64,000 bases of DNA from Eledone cirrhosa (Eukaryota), in contig OZ024741.1 in NCBI GenBank assembly GCA_964016885.1, forward strand, positions 171,802,001 through 171,866,000, written 5' to 3'. The notes under the pieces are model-generated. The model was not told the origin of the DNA and searched no databases. It was given only the letters and a program-made list of their open reading frames with translations. Position numbers and translations under genes: made by a program. This document shows, piece by piece, positions 41,333-55,742 of the stretch. Every line of letters starts with the position of its first letter. Within the stretch, counting starts at the first letter, position 1.

Positions 41333-42275
41333 ATCTTTCTCTAGATTCTTGGGTGTGGACTTAATCTGCCATCCAGTTTAACACCAACGTTTGGTCTGCC
41401 TTTAATAGAGTTCACTTTGTTTCAAGCATTGAGGACAAGTCTCCAAGTTGATATGAACTTCTTCCATTTCTCCCACCAGCCTCAGAGAATCTGTAATAGG
41501 TTTGTAAAAAAAAAACACATGAGACATCACTACATTCAACTATGACACCATCACACCACAATATCACACCTTCCACCTCATGGACCACCACAGCAATCAT
41601 CATCCATCATGCACTACGGTGACTTAGGGGGACCCTGTTGATTTTGGCCATTTTATATTATGTCATGTACAATGATAAAACATCTTTGAACCTTCAATTA
41701 TGACATTTGTGAAATACAATTATCAATACTGCTGCACCCTAGGCCTATAGCTACCTTCGCCGCCCTCTCCTATTCTTCTGTGATCCTAGAGCCTTTGCTT
41801 TTCCCTTCCTTTTCTGTTTTCATAACCACAAAAGACACTTGCATCTTTTACAATAAAACCTGTAATAATCTTTGAATGTTTGTTTGATAGTACCAGAGAT
41901 GAGAACTTCAAAAGATTAAATGATCCCTCTATTGTACTTTGAATGTTTGTGAGGAATTATTATGAAAACAACTAATATTTTCCTAATTATAAACCTGTTT
42001 AGAAACAAAAAAATCATTTTTCAACATTGACTTTTAATTTAAGCTTAAGGCTTCAGATTTGGGGAAAGAGTGTAGCCATTTAAAATTGATTCCAGTTCTT
42101 GACTGGTATTTTATTCAATGATATTTGAAAGGGATATAAATCCAAAACACACAGAGCTGTAACTAAATCCTGCAAAGCTTTTTGTCCAATGCTTTACCGA
42201 TCCTACGAAAACAACTATTAAAATTATGTTTTAATCTGTTGCATCTCAGTTAATTTTCTGGTGTCTTACTCTTGT

Positions 42276-42296
42276 ACACACACACAGACACACACT

Positions 42297-42381
<85 letters not shown>

Positions 42382-42390
42382 ACACACACA
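42276..42390. repeat. (CA)n microsatellite
   Basis: Directly visible. Confidence 0.97.
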
Positions 42391-43089
42391 TGAATCAATT
42401 TTATCAAAGATAGTTTTGGTTCATGTTTATGATGAGTTGCAATAATGAGTAAAACAATGGACTAAATTTATTTAGTTTAATTTCATATCTATTATTATAA
42501 ATTTATTTAGTTTAATTCATATCTATTATTTCTCAAATCAAATCCCACTTGAGCCTAATTTTATCTTCCTAGAGTCTAATTATGATTTGTATTATTTCAC
42601 TGAACTAGATAAACTAATTATGAGTATCATGCACGCAATCCACTGGTAGTGCCAGTGCCATGATAAAATTCTTCCAGTATCTGTTTTAAAGTTTTTGGCA
42701 TTAGCAAGGGCATCCAGTTAGAGAAGCCATGTAAAAAACAGAACATACAACCAGACATGGTCACCTGACTAGTCAAGATTCAGTATGTGATAATTTGTTT
42801 AACTTATTCAAGTATGGAAAATAGATGTTAAACAGTGATGATGATTATATTGAAGTTGAAGATCACAAAAGCAGATAACATGTTTCAACAATCTGTCACA
42901 TTGTTTCAGTTGACCCCTGGCTACTTTTATTGGTATACACTCTGTTGCAAGCATCTGAGCAAGGTCTCTACACAAAGATACATTTCTCCTTTCTTCCTCC
43001 AAATCTTCAGGTCCTGAAAATTGTCTTAGATGTTAAATTTCCTTCTTTGTATAAGTCACAAAAAAAGATTTAAATATTTTAAGGTATGA

Positions 43090-43610
43090 TTCCCCAATTT
43101 AGTTTGGACTAGTTTTTTTTAATGTTCAATGCTAGGAACTTTGAACAAGTCCCTATATCAATTTCAGTTCGATTGTATTGGTGAAATGACTGGTATTTTG
43201 AAATCCTGTTATTTTCACTGTGAGCACTAATTCATTTCTCTTGAGTTGGTTTGGGTTGGATTGATTTTCCTATAGTTTAAAACTTTGAACAAATGGTCCC
43301 TGTACCGAAGAACGTTGTATTATAGTAGCATGCAATATTATTATTTTCACTGTAACCCCACCCACAAATTATTTCTTCATGGTGGAATTGGTTGTTTTAT
43401 AGTTTAAAACCTTGAATAAGTGGTCCCTGTACCGAAGATAGTTGAATTCTGTTGGCATTATGACAGGTTTTTTTCGAATGCAGTTATTTTCTGTATGCCC
43501 ATTAGCTCATCCCTGCTGAATTGGGTTAGTTTTCTTATAGTTTTAAAACCTTGAAAAGGTGGTCCCTGTACCGAAGAATGTTATATTCTAATTCCTAAAA
43601 TGAATTTTTC
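43090..43610. repeat. Diverged tandem repeat, about 4 units of 125-140 bp
   Basis: tatagtttaaaac.ttgaa....tggtccctgtaccgaaga recurs near 43272, 43398 and 43537, with a weaker unit near 43130. Confidence 0.85.
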
Positions 43611-44680
43611 TTAAAAACCTAAAACCTTTTACTTCTATTTTTCCAGGCTGGCAAGGATCAGATGCTCAGCATAAAACACTTTTATATTTCCAAATTTTTA
43701 CTACTTCCAAAAGAAACAATTTTCTTAAATGATTTCATAATGACCAGAAAATTAATTAGTTTTTCATGCTAGATATTAATTTAGCATTTGATAAATATGT
43801 CACATTACTGGATAACTTGCTCACTAGTCAACCTCAAGTCCTTTATCCCCCATGGGGAGGATTTGAGCCCAGCACTTTCAACTAAAACAAAAACACACTT
43901 ATCACTTAATCAAATATACACCACACCCACTGCACTGCAATCAACCATCTTTTCTTGCACCTATCAACTTTTCATTCCTCATGGGTATCTATATATAGGG
44001 CAAATAGACTGGTGCTGTTGAGAGTTAAGTGCCTTGGCTCTGGAGACATGATATTAGGTATTAGGGATATATGGACAAGCTATTGGCCTTTCAGTTCTAA
44101 GATTCACTCTGAAAACAAAATAAATATATGGTCAGTTGTTAATTTTGAACATCTTCATCAACATTACCATCATCATATTTTCACCTGCTTTTTCATAGAT
44201 TAGATATGTCCAATCCAGTGCAGCATCTGCAGTTGTTTCTTTCCTTTGACATCTTATTTGTGAGGTTCAGTTTCTCACTGAAAGAAATAACTGGTGTGAA
44301 TATGAGAGTACAAGTAAAAATAAATAATAAACCATGAAATGTTATTAATTCAGTCAACTTTTACTTTATCTTGAAAGTAGTTGTTGTTGCATCAGATCAG
44401 TTTTGAATGATTTGACCTGTCATATTTACTTCTATATCATGTGTGTATGTGTATTTGAGTCAACTGCTGCAAACCTACGGAACACTTTGCATTCAACAGT
44501 GCTGTTACTTCTTTTGATGAGCAATTAAGTACAATTAGGTGGACATGTTGGACATGTTGCTGTTTTGAGCTAATTATCTTGATTGTGAATAAACCCAGTG
44601 CATGATGCACCTCCAGTTGGTATCATATGAGCAGTGATTCATAAACTATTTGTTGTTGTAAATTTTAAAAAATATTTTGA

Positions 44681-45110
44681 ATTCTTCTTCTTCTTCTTCT
44701 TCTTCTTCTTCTTCTTTGCCCACTTATTCCTGACTGACTGGGGGGGGGGGGGGGGCAGAGTCCTCAAACACTCCTTCCAGTGGGTTCTGTCAGAAGCAAC
44801 CATCTCCTACTGATCCAGCTAAATCCCCAAGCGTGACCAGCCAAGCTCATGGGTGCTATCCAACAATCTTACCCGGGGTCTACTCCTGGGTCTCTTTCCA
44901 GATGGTTTTGTCCGTAAAATCTGTCCAGCGATTCTTTCCTGAGACATTCTTACCATATGCCCATAGTATGTGACCTCTCAATTCAGACAAGTAGCAGCTC
45001 TACCTGGAATGACTCTCTGATATCTGAGCTACACGCTTTATGGAGTAATGTTACACTAAAGACCCTTTGTAGGAATCCCATTTCGGCCAATTGTATTCGT
45101 GATCACATTC
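44681..45110 (-). mobile_element. RTE LINE 3' fragment with (GAA)n tail
   Basis: Homologous to 10276-10620. Confidence 0.8.
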
Positions 45111-46399
45111 TTTGAATTTAAATAGCTAAATTGTGATTGAACAATCATTTTTGGTTTTATTTATTTGATACAAAAATGTGAACCAACATGACAAAAAGCC
45201 AAAAAAATGCCAGCGAGCAAGCAAGCAGACATAGCCTTAGATTCGTGACTAAAACAAGAAATTGAATGAGATGGCTGTGTTCCTTGTTGAGAAAGGATAA
45301 AAACTTATTGGGTGAGATAAGTAATAGAAATTAATCTGGAAGGTAGTAGTGAAAGGAGAAGACCAAGAAAAGCATAGCTAAAAGAAAAGGAATGCAAAAG
45401 GGGATTGATGAAGTGAGAGATGCAAAACACAAAGCAAAATTGAGAAAGGCTTCAAATAGTAAATTCACTTCAAAATGCTTAGTGTTTTTGTATTAATTTC
45501 TGGCCTACCTACTTCTTTGTCTTTACTGAAAAGTAGTAACAAGGTTAAAGTTTATACCACTGCAAAACCTTTGTTACCTTTATTCATATATATTCAACCA
45601 CCAAATATCTAGGGCATTGTTTCTTGTTGTTATGGCTCACACCTGTGCAGATTTACTGGTCACCTATGAAGTGGCCTCTCAAAGAAATATCCTGGTGACA
45701 GCAGTTGGATTTTGAACTCAGAACCCACAGAGTCAAAACAGATAGTGCAAGGCATCATCTCTGATGCCCTAAGAATTGTACCACTCTATTGCAAAGCAAA
45801 GTTGACCTTAAGAAGATTTGAACTCAGAGCAAAGAGAGCCAAGAATGAATACCCCATGGCAAGTAATCTAACACCCCAACAAGACTACTAATTTTCCATC
45901 TGCATATATATTTTGGTACCATTGCTTTTAAATGTTATTTTTTGCCACCCCAGATACTAAGTAGACTAATAACTTTTTTTTTTTCTGATCAAACATTTCT
46001 CAGCAAAATATATTTGCACTTTTAGCTCATTATATAGATATAAATTATATACACACCCGTTCTATTCAATATGACACACGTTGGATGGGCTATCATGGTA
46101 CATACAAATATTGAAATCAATTAGGTGAAAAAAAAATCTAAGAAATATGAGTAATACTTTCAGGCACATAGTTACATAGCAACACAATACTTTTCAGATA
46201 TTGGAGAGTTTAATAGATAGTAGTAACAAAGTACATTAAAATATTCATCATATATCTAGTTAGACCATTTGTTCATAGGGATATATGGATATATGCCTGT
46301 ATGTGCATGAGAGTGCATGAGTGTGCATGTGTATATGTGAGAATAGGTGAATGTGTATGAATGTATATGTACATATATCATTCTCACACTCTCACCCAC

Positions 46400-46716
46400 A
46401 CCACCCTTTCTCTGTAAAAAGTTATGTTGGTACCACAGAACATCCAGTCCACACTAAAGATGTCATGTAGGTGTCACAAAAAAAAGCAGCCACTCATCAC
46501 TGTAAAGTGGTCGTGTAAAAGACACAGTAAAAAGGCTCCCAGTCCACACTGTAAATGTGGTTGGTGTTAAGAAGGGCATCCAGCCATAGAAAACCTGCCC
46601 AATACAGTCCTATACGAGTGAGACATGGTCACCTGATCACTCTTGCCTCAAGTGGGACAATTCCCGTCTAACCCATGCTAGCATGGAAGATAGATGTTAA
46701 ACGGTGATGATGATAT
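46400..46716 (+). mobile_element. RTE-tail element (LINE 3' UTR homolog)
   Basis: Reverse-complement homolog of 48100-48430; ends gatgttaaacggtgatgatga. Confidence 0.75.
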
Positions 46717-46877
46717 ATATATATATTTGAAAATTGAATTTGAAGATCTCACCGTAACTTTGACTAAATAAAATACTCTAATAATAATAAGGGGCATATA
46801 AGCTCACATAATGGAATGAGTTGGGCACACAAGGGGAACAAACCTATACATCTTGTTAAATATACATGCTTTCTTTC

Positions 46878-47530
46878 ATCACCAAATAGCGTCCATTTTT
46901 CCATTGCAGCATGGGTTAGATGGTTTGTTTCATTGTGAGACAAGTGAGATCAGATGATCATTCCTTACTCATATTAAACTGTGTCTGGCTTGGTTTCTAT
47001 GGCTGGATGCCCTTCCTAATTCCAACCACATTTACAGTGTGGACTGGGCTTTTTTTTGTCATGACACCAACACAACCACTCTACAGTGTGAACTGGGCAT
47101 TTTTTGTCATTTTACTTACAGAACCACTTTACAGTGTGAGCTGGACACTTTTTGTTGTCACCAAAACTATCACTTTACAGTGTGGTCTGGGCGCTTTTTG
47201 TCAGGGCACCAAAATTACCACTTTACAGTGTGGAATCTACACTTTTGTCACATCCCTAAAACGACCTCCACAGGTTTGACTGGATGCTTTTGTCATGTCA
47301 CCATCATGACTCCTCTACAGGGTGGACTGGGTGTTTATTTTTGTGTTGCGTCGTGTCACTAACATGACCATCCTACAGGGTTTCACCATCACACCCCTTC
47401 CACAGGGCAAATAGGGCACCTTGTATCATGCAACCAGCATGACCATTATACAAGATGGCCTGGGTGCCACCTGGCATGTCTCCAGCATGACAACTCCTCA
47501 ACTTGGGTGCTTATTTGTCATGTCACCAAC
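46878..47530 (-). mobile_element. RTE-tail element with an expanded ~40-bp internal array
   Basis: Repeated ccactttacagtgtggactggg..tttttgtca units. Confidence 0.75.
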
Positions 47531-47569
47531 TGAAACCTATAAAAACTATGAAAGTTACACATGTGTGGG

Positions 47570-47622
<53 letters not shown>

Positions 47623-48099
47623 TCAATACAAATATGTATGTATGTGTATGTGGGTTTGTTTCTGTGCATGGGTATATATGTGTGAATGAGTGTGTGTATG
47701 TGTATATATGTAGGTGGACTTGTATATATACATATACTGGTGCAAGGGTGAGTGCCCACCATTTCCAGCCACATCTTACTCCCCCCCCCCCCCTTGGCAT
47801 AATTCTGACATTCTTCCTCTTATTAAGTAAAACATCCAACCTTTCTAAAACTAACACATTCCCTTTGCCCCAAAAGCTATTAATGTACTAACTGACCAAC
47901 TACTATAATTCCTTCCACAAGGCCAGCCAAGTGCCCCATGACCTGACTGAATAAGCTAGTTCTATACATCTAACAGAATTCTGTTTTTTTACCTTCTTTC
48001 TTGAAAAAGAATCAGTACCCTGACGAAGCTTGCTGAGTTTACAATTTGAAAGTGCCCAAACTCAGGTTCAAAACTTTACCTCATTAACATATATATATA

Positions 48100-49620
48100 T
48101 ATCATCATCATCATCATCATCGTTTAATGTCCATCTTCCACGCTTGCATGGGTTTGGACCGGAGTTTTACCAGTTGAGGCAAGATTGGTTGTCCTGCTCG
48201 TATAGGACTGTCTGGCGGGTTTTCTACAGCTGGATGCCCTTCCTAACACCAACCACGTTTACAGTGTCGACTGGGAGGTTTTTACCGTGTTACCTACACG
48301 GCCACATTACAGCGTGGACTGTGTGTTTTTTTGTCGTGACACCTACACGACCTCATTTGTTTCGGGCTGGATGTTGTGGTACCAACGTAACTTCACATTG
48401 AAGAGGGTGGTGTGGATGGGGTGGGGGTAGTGGGACAGGGGTGTATTTTTGTTAGAGGTCCCTACTGACTGTAGGATTCACTTTGTACTTAGGCAAGGCG
48501 GGTCTTCTGTATTACTGTGTAGCGCCAAAGATCTCGGTCCAGTGATATTGTCTTGGAGAGGTGTAAGTGTGTGAGGTTGGAATTTATCAAGTTGTCCCAG
48601 GTTTTTCTGGGTCTGCCTACTCCGTGGCTACCGTCTATTTTTATCGCCCTGCACTTTTTTATACAGCTGTCGTCTTTCATGCGCATCACGTGACCGTACC
48701 AACGTAGTCTTCTCTCGAGTAAACAACATCTGATCCCTCTTATTCCTAATTTCTCCCTTAGTTTGTTTATGCTTTGCCGTTCACGTATATTACTATTACA
48801 CATCCAGCGGAGCATGCAAGCTTCTTTCCACTCCAGTCTGCGTATATCCTCTGCACACAATGCCCAGGTCTCACTGCCATGTAACATTGCTGTTCGTATA
48901 CAGGCATCATACAGCCTGCCTTTCATTTTTAGAGAGAACCCTTTAGCGGCCAATAGTGGTATAAGCTCTCTGAACTTTTTCCATCCCGTTCTGACTCTAG
49001 CTACTGTACTTTCAGAGCACCCTCCCCCACTGCTGATTTTGTCACCCAGGTAACGGAAGGTGTCCACTATTTCTATAGAACCATCTGTGCAATGGAATGA
49101 GCTAGTATTCCGTGGGCACTTGCTGCTACTTATTGCACGAGAGCACCGGCCACATATAAAATCTATGTTCTTAGTTAGCTTACCTGTGATCCCACTATAT
49201 CTTTTATGCACCCATACTTTGCATTTGGCACATAAAATGGAGTTTCTGCCTACTCCTTTCCTACACACTGAACATGGCCATTTCCCAGATGGGACCAGTG
49301 CCCTATTTTCCTTCCTATAAACTAGAACTTTAGTCTCAGACAAGTTAACTTTAAGGCCTTTTGATTCTAGGCCATGCTTCCATGTTTGGAATTTCTTCTC
49401 TAGTTCAGCCATTGATTCAGCTATGAGCATTAGATCATCTGCATATAGGAGTTCCCATGGGCAGCCGGTCTTGAACTCCTCTGTTATAGCCTGAAGGGTA
49501 ATAATAAATTGTAGGGGGCTAAGAATGGAGCCCTGATGAACACCAACTTTTACGCTAAACTCTTCACTATATTCGTTGTTAATTCTAACCTCGCTGACTG
49601 TTTCTTTATACATGGGTTGT
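48100..49620 (-). mobile_element. 5'-truncated RTE-clade LINE (RT C-terminal half, ORF 48489-49613, plus 3' UTR and (GAT)n tail)
   Basis: GVHQGSILSP, LLYADD, FRYLG, RRLRWYGHVMRM, GRPRKTW; embedded Cys-rich finger; both ends in TA runs. Confidence 0.95.
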
Positions 49621-49646
49621 ATATATATATATATATATATATATAA

Positions 49647-50540
49647 ATGGCCGAAATCTCAAGGGCCTTTGAGGAATTCAGCCTGACCATTAGTTTGAAG
49701 AAAACCAACATACTAGTCCAAAGCATCCATCACACCTCTACTATTACCATCAACAACTACGAGCTGGAGGTATTCCATGAATTCATCAACCTTGGCTCCA
49801 TCATTATGGGCAATCTCACCCTAGTCTCTGAGATCAGCTGGAAAGTCAGACGGGAGAAAGTTTGGGAGAAAACTGACCATGAACAACAAGTTTGATGTCA
49901 AGAAAGCTTGTATCCTCATCACACTACTGTACAGCAGTGCGACATAGAGTCTTTACTTCAAAGAAGACTGGTGTCTTAATGACTTCCACCTTCCTGGTCT
50001 GAGATGAATTCTGGACATCAAGTGGACCATATGAGTCACAAATACTGAAGTCCTCAATGATACCAAGATATCCAACATATTCACCCTTGTCTAGCAGTGA
50101 CATCTTTGCTGGCTAGGTCACACATAGTATGACAGATGGGAGGATACTAAAAATCTACTCTATGGAGAACTGGCCACTGGCAGAAGAGCATGAGGTCAAC
50201 AGCTTCTTTGATTCAAAGATATCTGCAAGAGGGATATAAAGTCAGCAGATCTAGACATGCAGAGATGAGAAGAGATCACAATTGAACCCTCATGCTGGAG
50301 ACGAGTATTGCACAAGGGGATGGAGCAAGGGGAATAGAAACTGAAACTTACCACTGAGGAATAGCCTGCTCAAAGGAAGGACAACACAGTAAAACTCGAG
50401 AGCATCTTCAAATGCAGTTGCTTTATATGAGACTGTCAGTCCTGTGTGGACCAGTACAGCCACATCAGATACTGCAACACCATCAGTAGGTGAAACAAAA
50501 TTCTTCTTGTGCAGATCCATGATCTTTTGAAATCGATGGA
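49647..50540 (+). mobile_element. Degenerate RTE-BovB-like LINE 3' part
   Basis: FSLTISLKKT, LEVFHEFINLGSII, then decayed WLGH and LLYGEL motifs. Confidence 0.8.
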
Positions 50541-50548
50541 TGCTAATA

Positions 50549-50862
50549 ATAATAATTGTTTCTACTTTTGGCACAAGATCAGCAATTACCCAGTACATTA
50601 CTGGTACTTTATTTTATCGACCCTGTAAAGATGAAAGGCAAAGTTAACCTCGGCAGGATTTGAAATCAGACCATAAAGGGCGGTAACTCTATGCTGCAAA
50701 GCATGGCGTCCGACCCTCTACCAATACAGACAATCCACCGCTAATAATAATAATAACTGTTTCTACTTTAGGCACAAGGCCAGCAATTACCCAGTGCATT
50801 ACTGGTACTTTATTTTATCGACCCCGTAAGGATGAAAGGCAAAGTCAACCTCGGCGGGATTT
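50549..50862 (-). mobile_element. Two tandem SINE family B copies
   Basis: 50549-50740 near full length; 50748-50862 3' half. Confidence 0.85.
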
Positions 50863-51180
50863 AATAATAATGATAGTATATAGTGTTGCTGAATTTCCTA
50901 ATAAATATCCATGTTAGTAGAGCACTCAATCTGGGAGATTTCAGTTCATCAGTTAGACCTTCACAAATTGAAAGGGTCTACTTAGAACTTTCCATTGAAA
51001 CATGTGTATTTGGAAAATGAATATATATAATATATATACATTTATGTTTTGTGGTTCATCAATGGATAAAACTGGTTATTCCATTTAGTTAACCATGTTG
51101 TAATAATAAGAAAAGCACTCTATGTTGTGCAACTCATCCATTGTTGATGTTGAATCCCAAGGATGGAGCAGGAACGAAGT

Positions 51181-51490
51181 TAGTTAAAAGAATGCAAGGC
51201 CAGAATAGAGATATCCTTTTAAAGTTATATTGTTGCAAAAAATATAGAATATAGAGAATATGTATTTGAATATGTTGTTATTTTTGTGGCTGACTAAATT
51301 CTCTGTTCTCTGTTTGTGTTTGCTGTAGTTCCTTTTATTGATTAACTAATTATACAATCCACACCAGATGATGTAGCCACTGATCACAAAACCAAACCAT
51401 AGAAATATATATATAGTGTTTTTGCAACAATATAACTTTAAAGGGATATCTCCAGTCTGGCCTTCTGTCGTTTTTAATTAAATGAATTAA
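51181..51490. mobile_element. Old fold-back element family PI
   Basis: Arms about 51196-51241 and 51418-51464, ends in (TA)n; terminal copy at 52853-52905. Confidence 0.65.
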
Positions 51491-51509
51491 ATATATATAT
51501 ATATATATA

Positions 51510-52230
51510 TCATCATCATCATCATGTTTTGATAGAGATGCCTACTGACTGTAGTAGGTTTTTACTTTGTATTTAGGTAAGGCGGGTCTTCTCTATTACT
51601 GAGTACCGCCAAAGGTCTCGGTCCAGTGACATTGTCTTGGAGAGGTGTAAGCGTGTGAGGTCGGAATTTATCAGCTCGTCCCATGTTTTTCTGGGTCTGC
51701 CTACTCCGTGGCTACCGTCTATCTTTATTGCCCTGCACTTTGTTATACAGCTGTCGTCTTTCATGCGCATCACGTGACCGTACCAACGTAGCCTTCTCTC
51801 GAGTAAACAACATCTGATCCCTCTTATTTCTAATTTTTTTCCTTAGTTCGTTTATGCTTTGCCGTTCACGTATATTACTATTGCACATCCAGCGGAGCAT
51901 GCAAGCTTCGTTCCTCTCTAGTCTGCGTATATCCTCTGCATATATATATATATTGTTCCTCTCTAGTCCCATGTTTTTCTGGGTCTGCCTACTCCGTGGC
52001 TACCGTCTATCTTTATTGCCCTGCACTTTGTTATACAGCTGTCGTCTTTCATGCGCATCACGTGACCGTACCAACGTAGCCTTCTCTCGAGTAAACAACA
52101 TCTGATCCCTCTTATTTCTAATTTTTTTCCTTAGTTCGTTTATGCTTTGCCGTTCACGTATATTACTATTGCACATCCAGCGGAGCATGCAAGCTTCGTT
52201 CCTCTCTAGTCTGTGTATATCCTCTGCATA
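51510..52230 (-). mobile_element. 5'-truncated RTE LINE with internal tandem duplication
   Basis: Same family as 48100-49620; 51678-51957 repeated at 51966-52245. Confidence 0.92.
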
Positions 52231-52237
52231 TATATAT

Positions 52238-52714
52238 ATATTGTTATACTTTGGGAGGGTCATGTTGCCAATAAGAAACACACGCACCAGTTGCTTTCAC
52301 TTCAATTTATTATAAATAAACAAATAGAAAAATGAACACAAACACACACAGACACCCGGATGTGGCACATGCGCAAACTGAGCACACAACACACACACAG
52401 AAACAAAATGGCGTAGGATAGAAGAAAGAAAAGGCACAGAAACGAAGAAAGGAATCCCCAGTCATTGAAGAGGTCACAGAGTGTGTGACGAAAGGACTAT
52501 GACTATATATATAAACAACTATCTGGTTGTGGAACCAACCAACCAGAAATTTATAAGTTTGTAAATTTATAAATTTATAAATATATAATAAATTGAAGTG
52601 AAAGCAACTGGTGCGTGTGTTTCTTATTGGCAACATGACCCTCCCAAAGTATAACAATATCGGTTTCAACACACGATTTCAGATAAAGAATCTTGCTAAA
52701 CAAATTCAGAAACG

Positions 52715-52717
<3 letters not shown>
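52238..52717 (+). mobile_element. Fold-back element family PA, longer copy
   Basis: Arms 52238-52314 and 52584-52660, tail to 52717, (TA)n on both sides. Confidence 0.88.
52460..52504 (+). ncRNA. Minimal hammerhead variant
   Basis: agtca TTGAAGA g gtcac agagtgt gtgac GAAA ggac TA tgact (C3U variant, extra G). Confidence 0.65.
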
Positions 52718-52777
<60 letters not shown>

Positions 52778-53239
52778 CGAAACATAAGTCAATTGCATGA
52801 ACTCATAATCCTTTATTTACTGCTATATATATTTCAAATATATATATATATATTTAATTCATTTAATTAAAACAACAGAAGGCCAGACTGGAGATATCCC
52901 TTTTTTCGATGTTGATATTGTTTTAGCTTCTTCTGGTTGTTGTTATTGTTATTACATGTTGGAGTCATAGTTGTTATGGATTCTACTTAGACAAACTAAA
53001 CCAAAAAACAATGTTCATCTGGAATGGTGCCCTAATCCCATATTAGTTATTAGTTATATACTGAAACACTGGAATCCCCTTCAGCTGCTGCTGCTAGCAA
53101 GCAACAATTCTAGAAGAATATTGAAGCCAACAATCTCCAAACCAAATAAATAAAATTAAAATATTTCAATCACACTCTTCCTCTCTCTCTTTCTCCCCCT
53201 CTCTCTCTCTATATATATATATATAAATATACACATATG

Positions 53240-53277
<38 letters not shown>

Positions 53278-53672
53278 CAATGATATTAAATAAATGGAAA
53301 GTATATTTATAAAACCATATTTATTCTATTATATATATTTCAAGGTACCAAAACTTTGGTATGCTATCATCAGATAAAATACGAAGTGTGTTTTATAAAT
53401 TTTGACATAACCAAGGAAAGTATAACTTAACGGTTAAAGATTTACCTGGATAAAATTTATAAAACACACTTCGTATTTTATCTGATGATAGCGTACCAAA
53501 GTTTTGGTACCCTTGAAATATATATAATAGAATAAATATGGTTTTATAAATATAGTTTCCATTTATTCAATATCATTGAATATTATACTCCAGAAAATCT
53601 GTCGAGTGCTCTGAATCAGTTATAAACATTTATATTTGTTGAATTACCAACAAATTGAATATCCCTTCTGCT
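53278..53672 (+). mobile_element. Fold-back element family PJ with hammerhead
   Basis: Arms about 53278-53402 and 53453-53578, tail to 53672; diverged copy at 60823-60948. Confidence 0.85.
53477..53531 (+). ncRNA. Hammerhead ribozyme (mirror copy about 53325-53378 -)
   Basis: tttat CTGATGA tagc gtaccaaa gt tttggtac cctt GAAA tatata TA ataga. Confidence 0.72.
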
Positions 53673-53695
53673 TATATATATATATATATATATAT

Positions 53696-54023
53696 CATCA
53701 TCAACATCATTTTACGTCTGCTTTTCTCTGCTTGCAAGGGTGGGATAGGAACTGATTCTGGCTTAATTTCTACAGCTGGATGCCCTTCCTAACAGCAACC
53801 TCATTTACAGTGAGTGGTGGGTGCTTTTTTGGCGTGGCACCTACACGTCCACTTTACAGTGTGTGCACCTCCATGACCACTTTGCAGTAAACTGCTGAGT
53901 AAACTGGAGCAATGTGATAAAGTGTCTTGCTCAAGGAAACAACACATCACCCAGTCTGAGAATTGAACTCCCAACCTTTCGATTGCAAGGCCAATGCTCT
54001 AACCACTAAGCCATATGCCTCCA
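53696..54023 (-). mobile_element. Composite SINE with RTE tail
   Basis: Homolog of 4033-4465. Confidence 0.85.
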
Positions 54024-54025
54024 TG

Positions 54026-55009
<984 letters not shown>

Positions 55010-55018
<9 letters not shown>

Positions 55019-55223
55019 TTGCAGTGGCACCTCCACGACCACTTTACAGTGGAATGATAGGGACCCCAGTCCCTATCATCTTATTTCTACAGCTGAGTAA
55101 ACTGGAGCAATGTGAAATAAAGTGTCTTGCTCAAGGAAACAACACATCACCCGGTCTGAGAATTGAACTCACAACCTTTCGATTACAAGGCCAATGCTCT
55201 AACCACTAAGCCATGTGTCTCCA
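55010..55223 (-). mobile_element. SINE family A 5' part
   Basis: Near-identical to 58596-58826 and 13500-13678. Confidence 0.85.
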
Positions 55224-55358
55224 TTTGCTTGATAGATATACATATATCTGTTTGTGTGTATGTATGTATTATGTATGTGTGTATGTAAGTATGTATGTAT
55301 GTGTGTATGTATGTATGTATACATACATACATACATACATACATACATACATACATAC

Positions 55359-55548
55359 ATGGTGGCTGCCAACTCGTTTTCGAGTATGGCCACTACTTTA
55401 TATCCATGTAGGAGAACCCCTACCGATGCGCTGAATGAGTGTGACTTTTTAGTCCAGTCAGCGACTTGAAAACTCTGGTACAAACACTACACTTGTAACA
55501 ATTATTGACACATAGTGTTGGGCCCATGGTACCATGTGACGACAAGTA
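55359..55548 (-). mobile_element. Interspersed repeat with (ATGT)n tail
   Basis: Opposite-orientation copy at about 59296-59496. Confidence 0.75.
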
Positions 55549-55557
55549 CATGCATAA

Positions 55558-55641
<84 letters not shown>

Positions 55642-55687
55642 AAATAAAATAAATAAGTCAAATGTTTAAAATTTGGCTTCGTTTATT

Positions 55688-55742
55688 ACTGCTATATATA
55701 TTTCGGGGACAGCCATCTTTGGCTGTGACCTCTTCAGGCAGT
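55688..55742 (-). ncRNA. Hammerhead ribozyme
   Basis: actgc CTGAAGA gg tc acagcca aaga tggctgt cc cc GAAA tatata TA gcagt. Confidence 0.82.

Noticed and set aside
47020-47530. CRISPR-like periodic repeat
   Set aside because: Units are contiguous and degenerate with no unique spacers; eukaryotic retroposon context and no cas genes.
48014-48070. Possible hammerhead CTGACGA...GAAA...CTC
   Set aside because: Stem I pairs poorly; at best a decayed copy.
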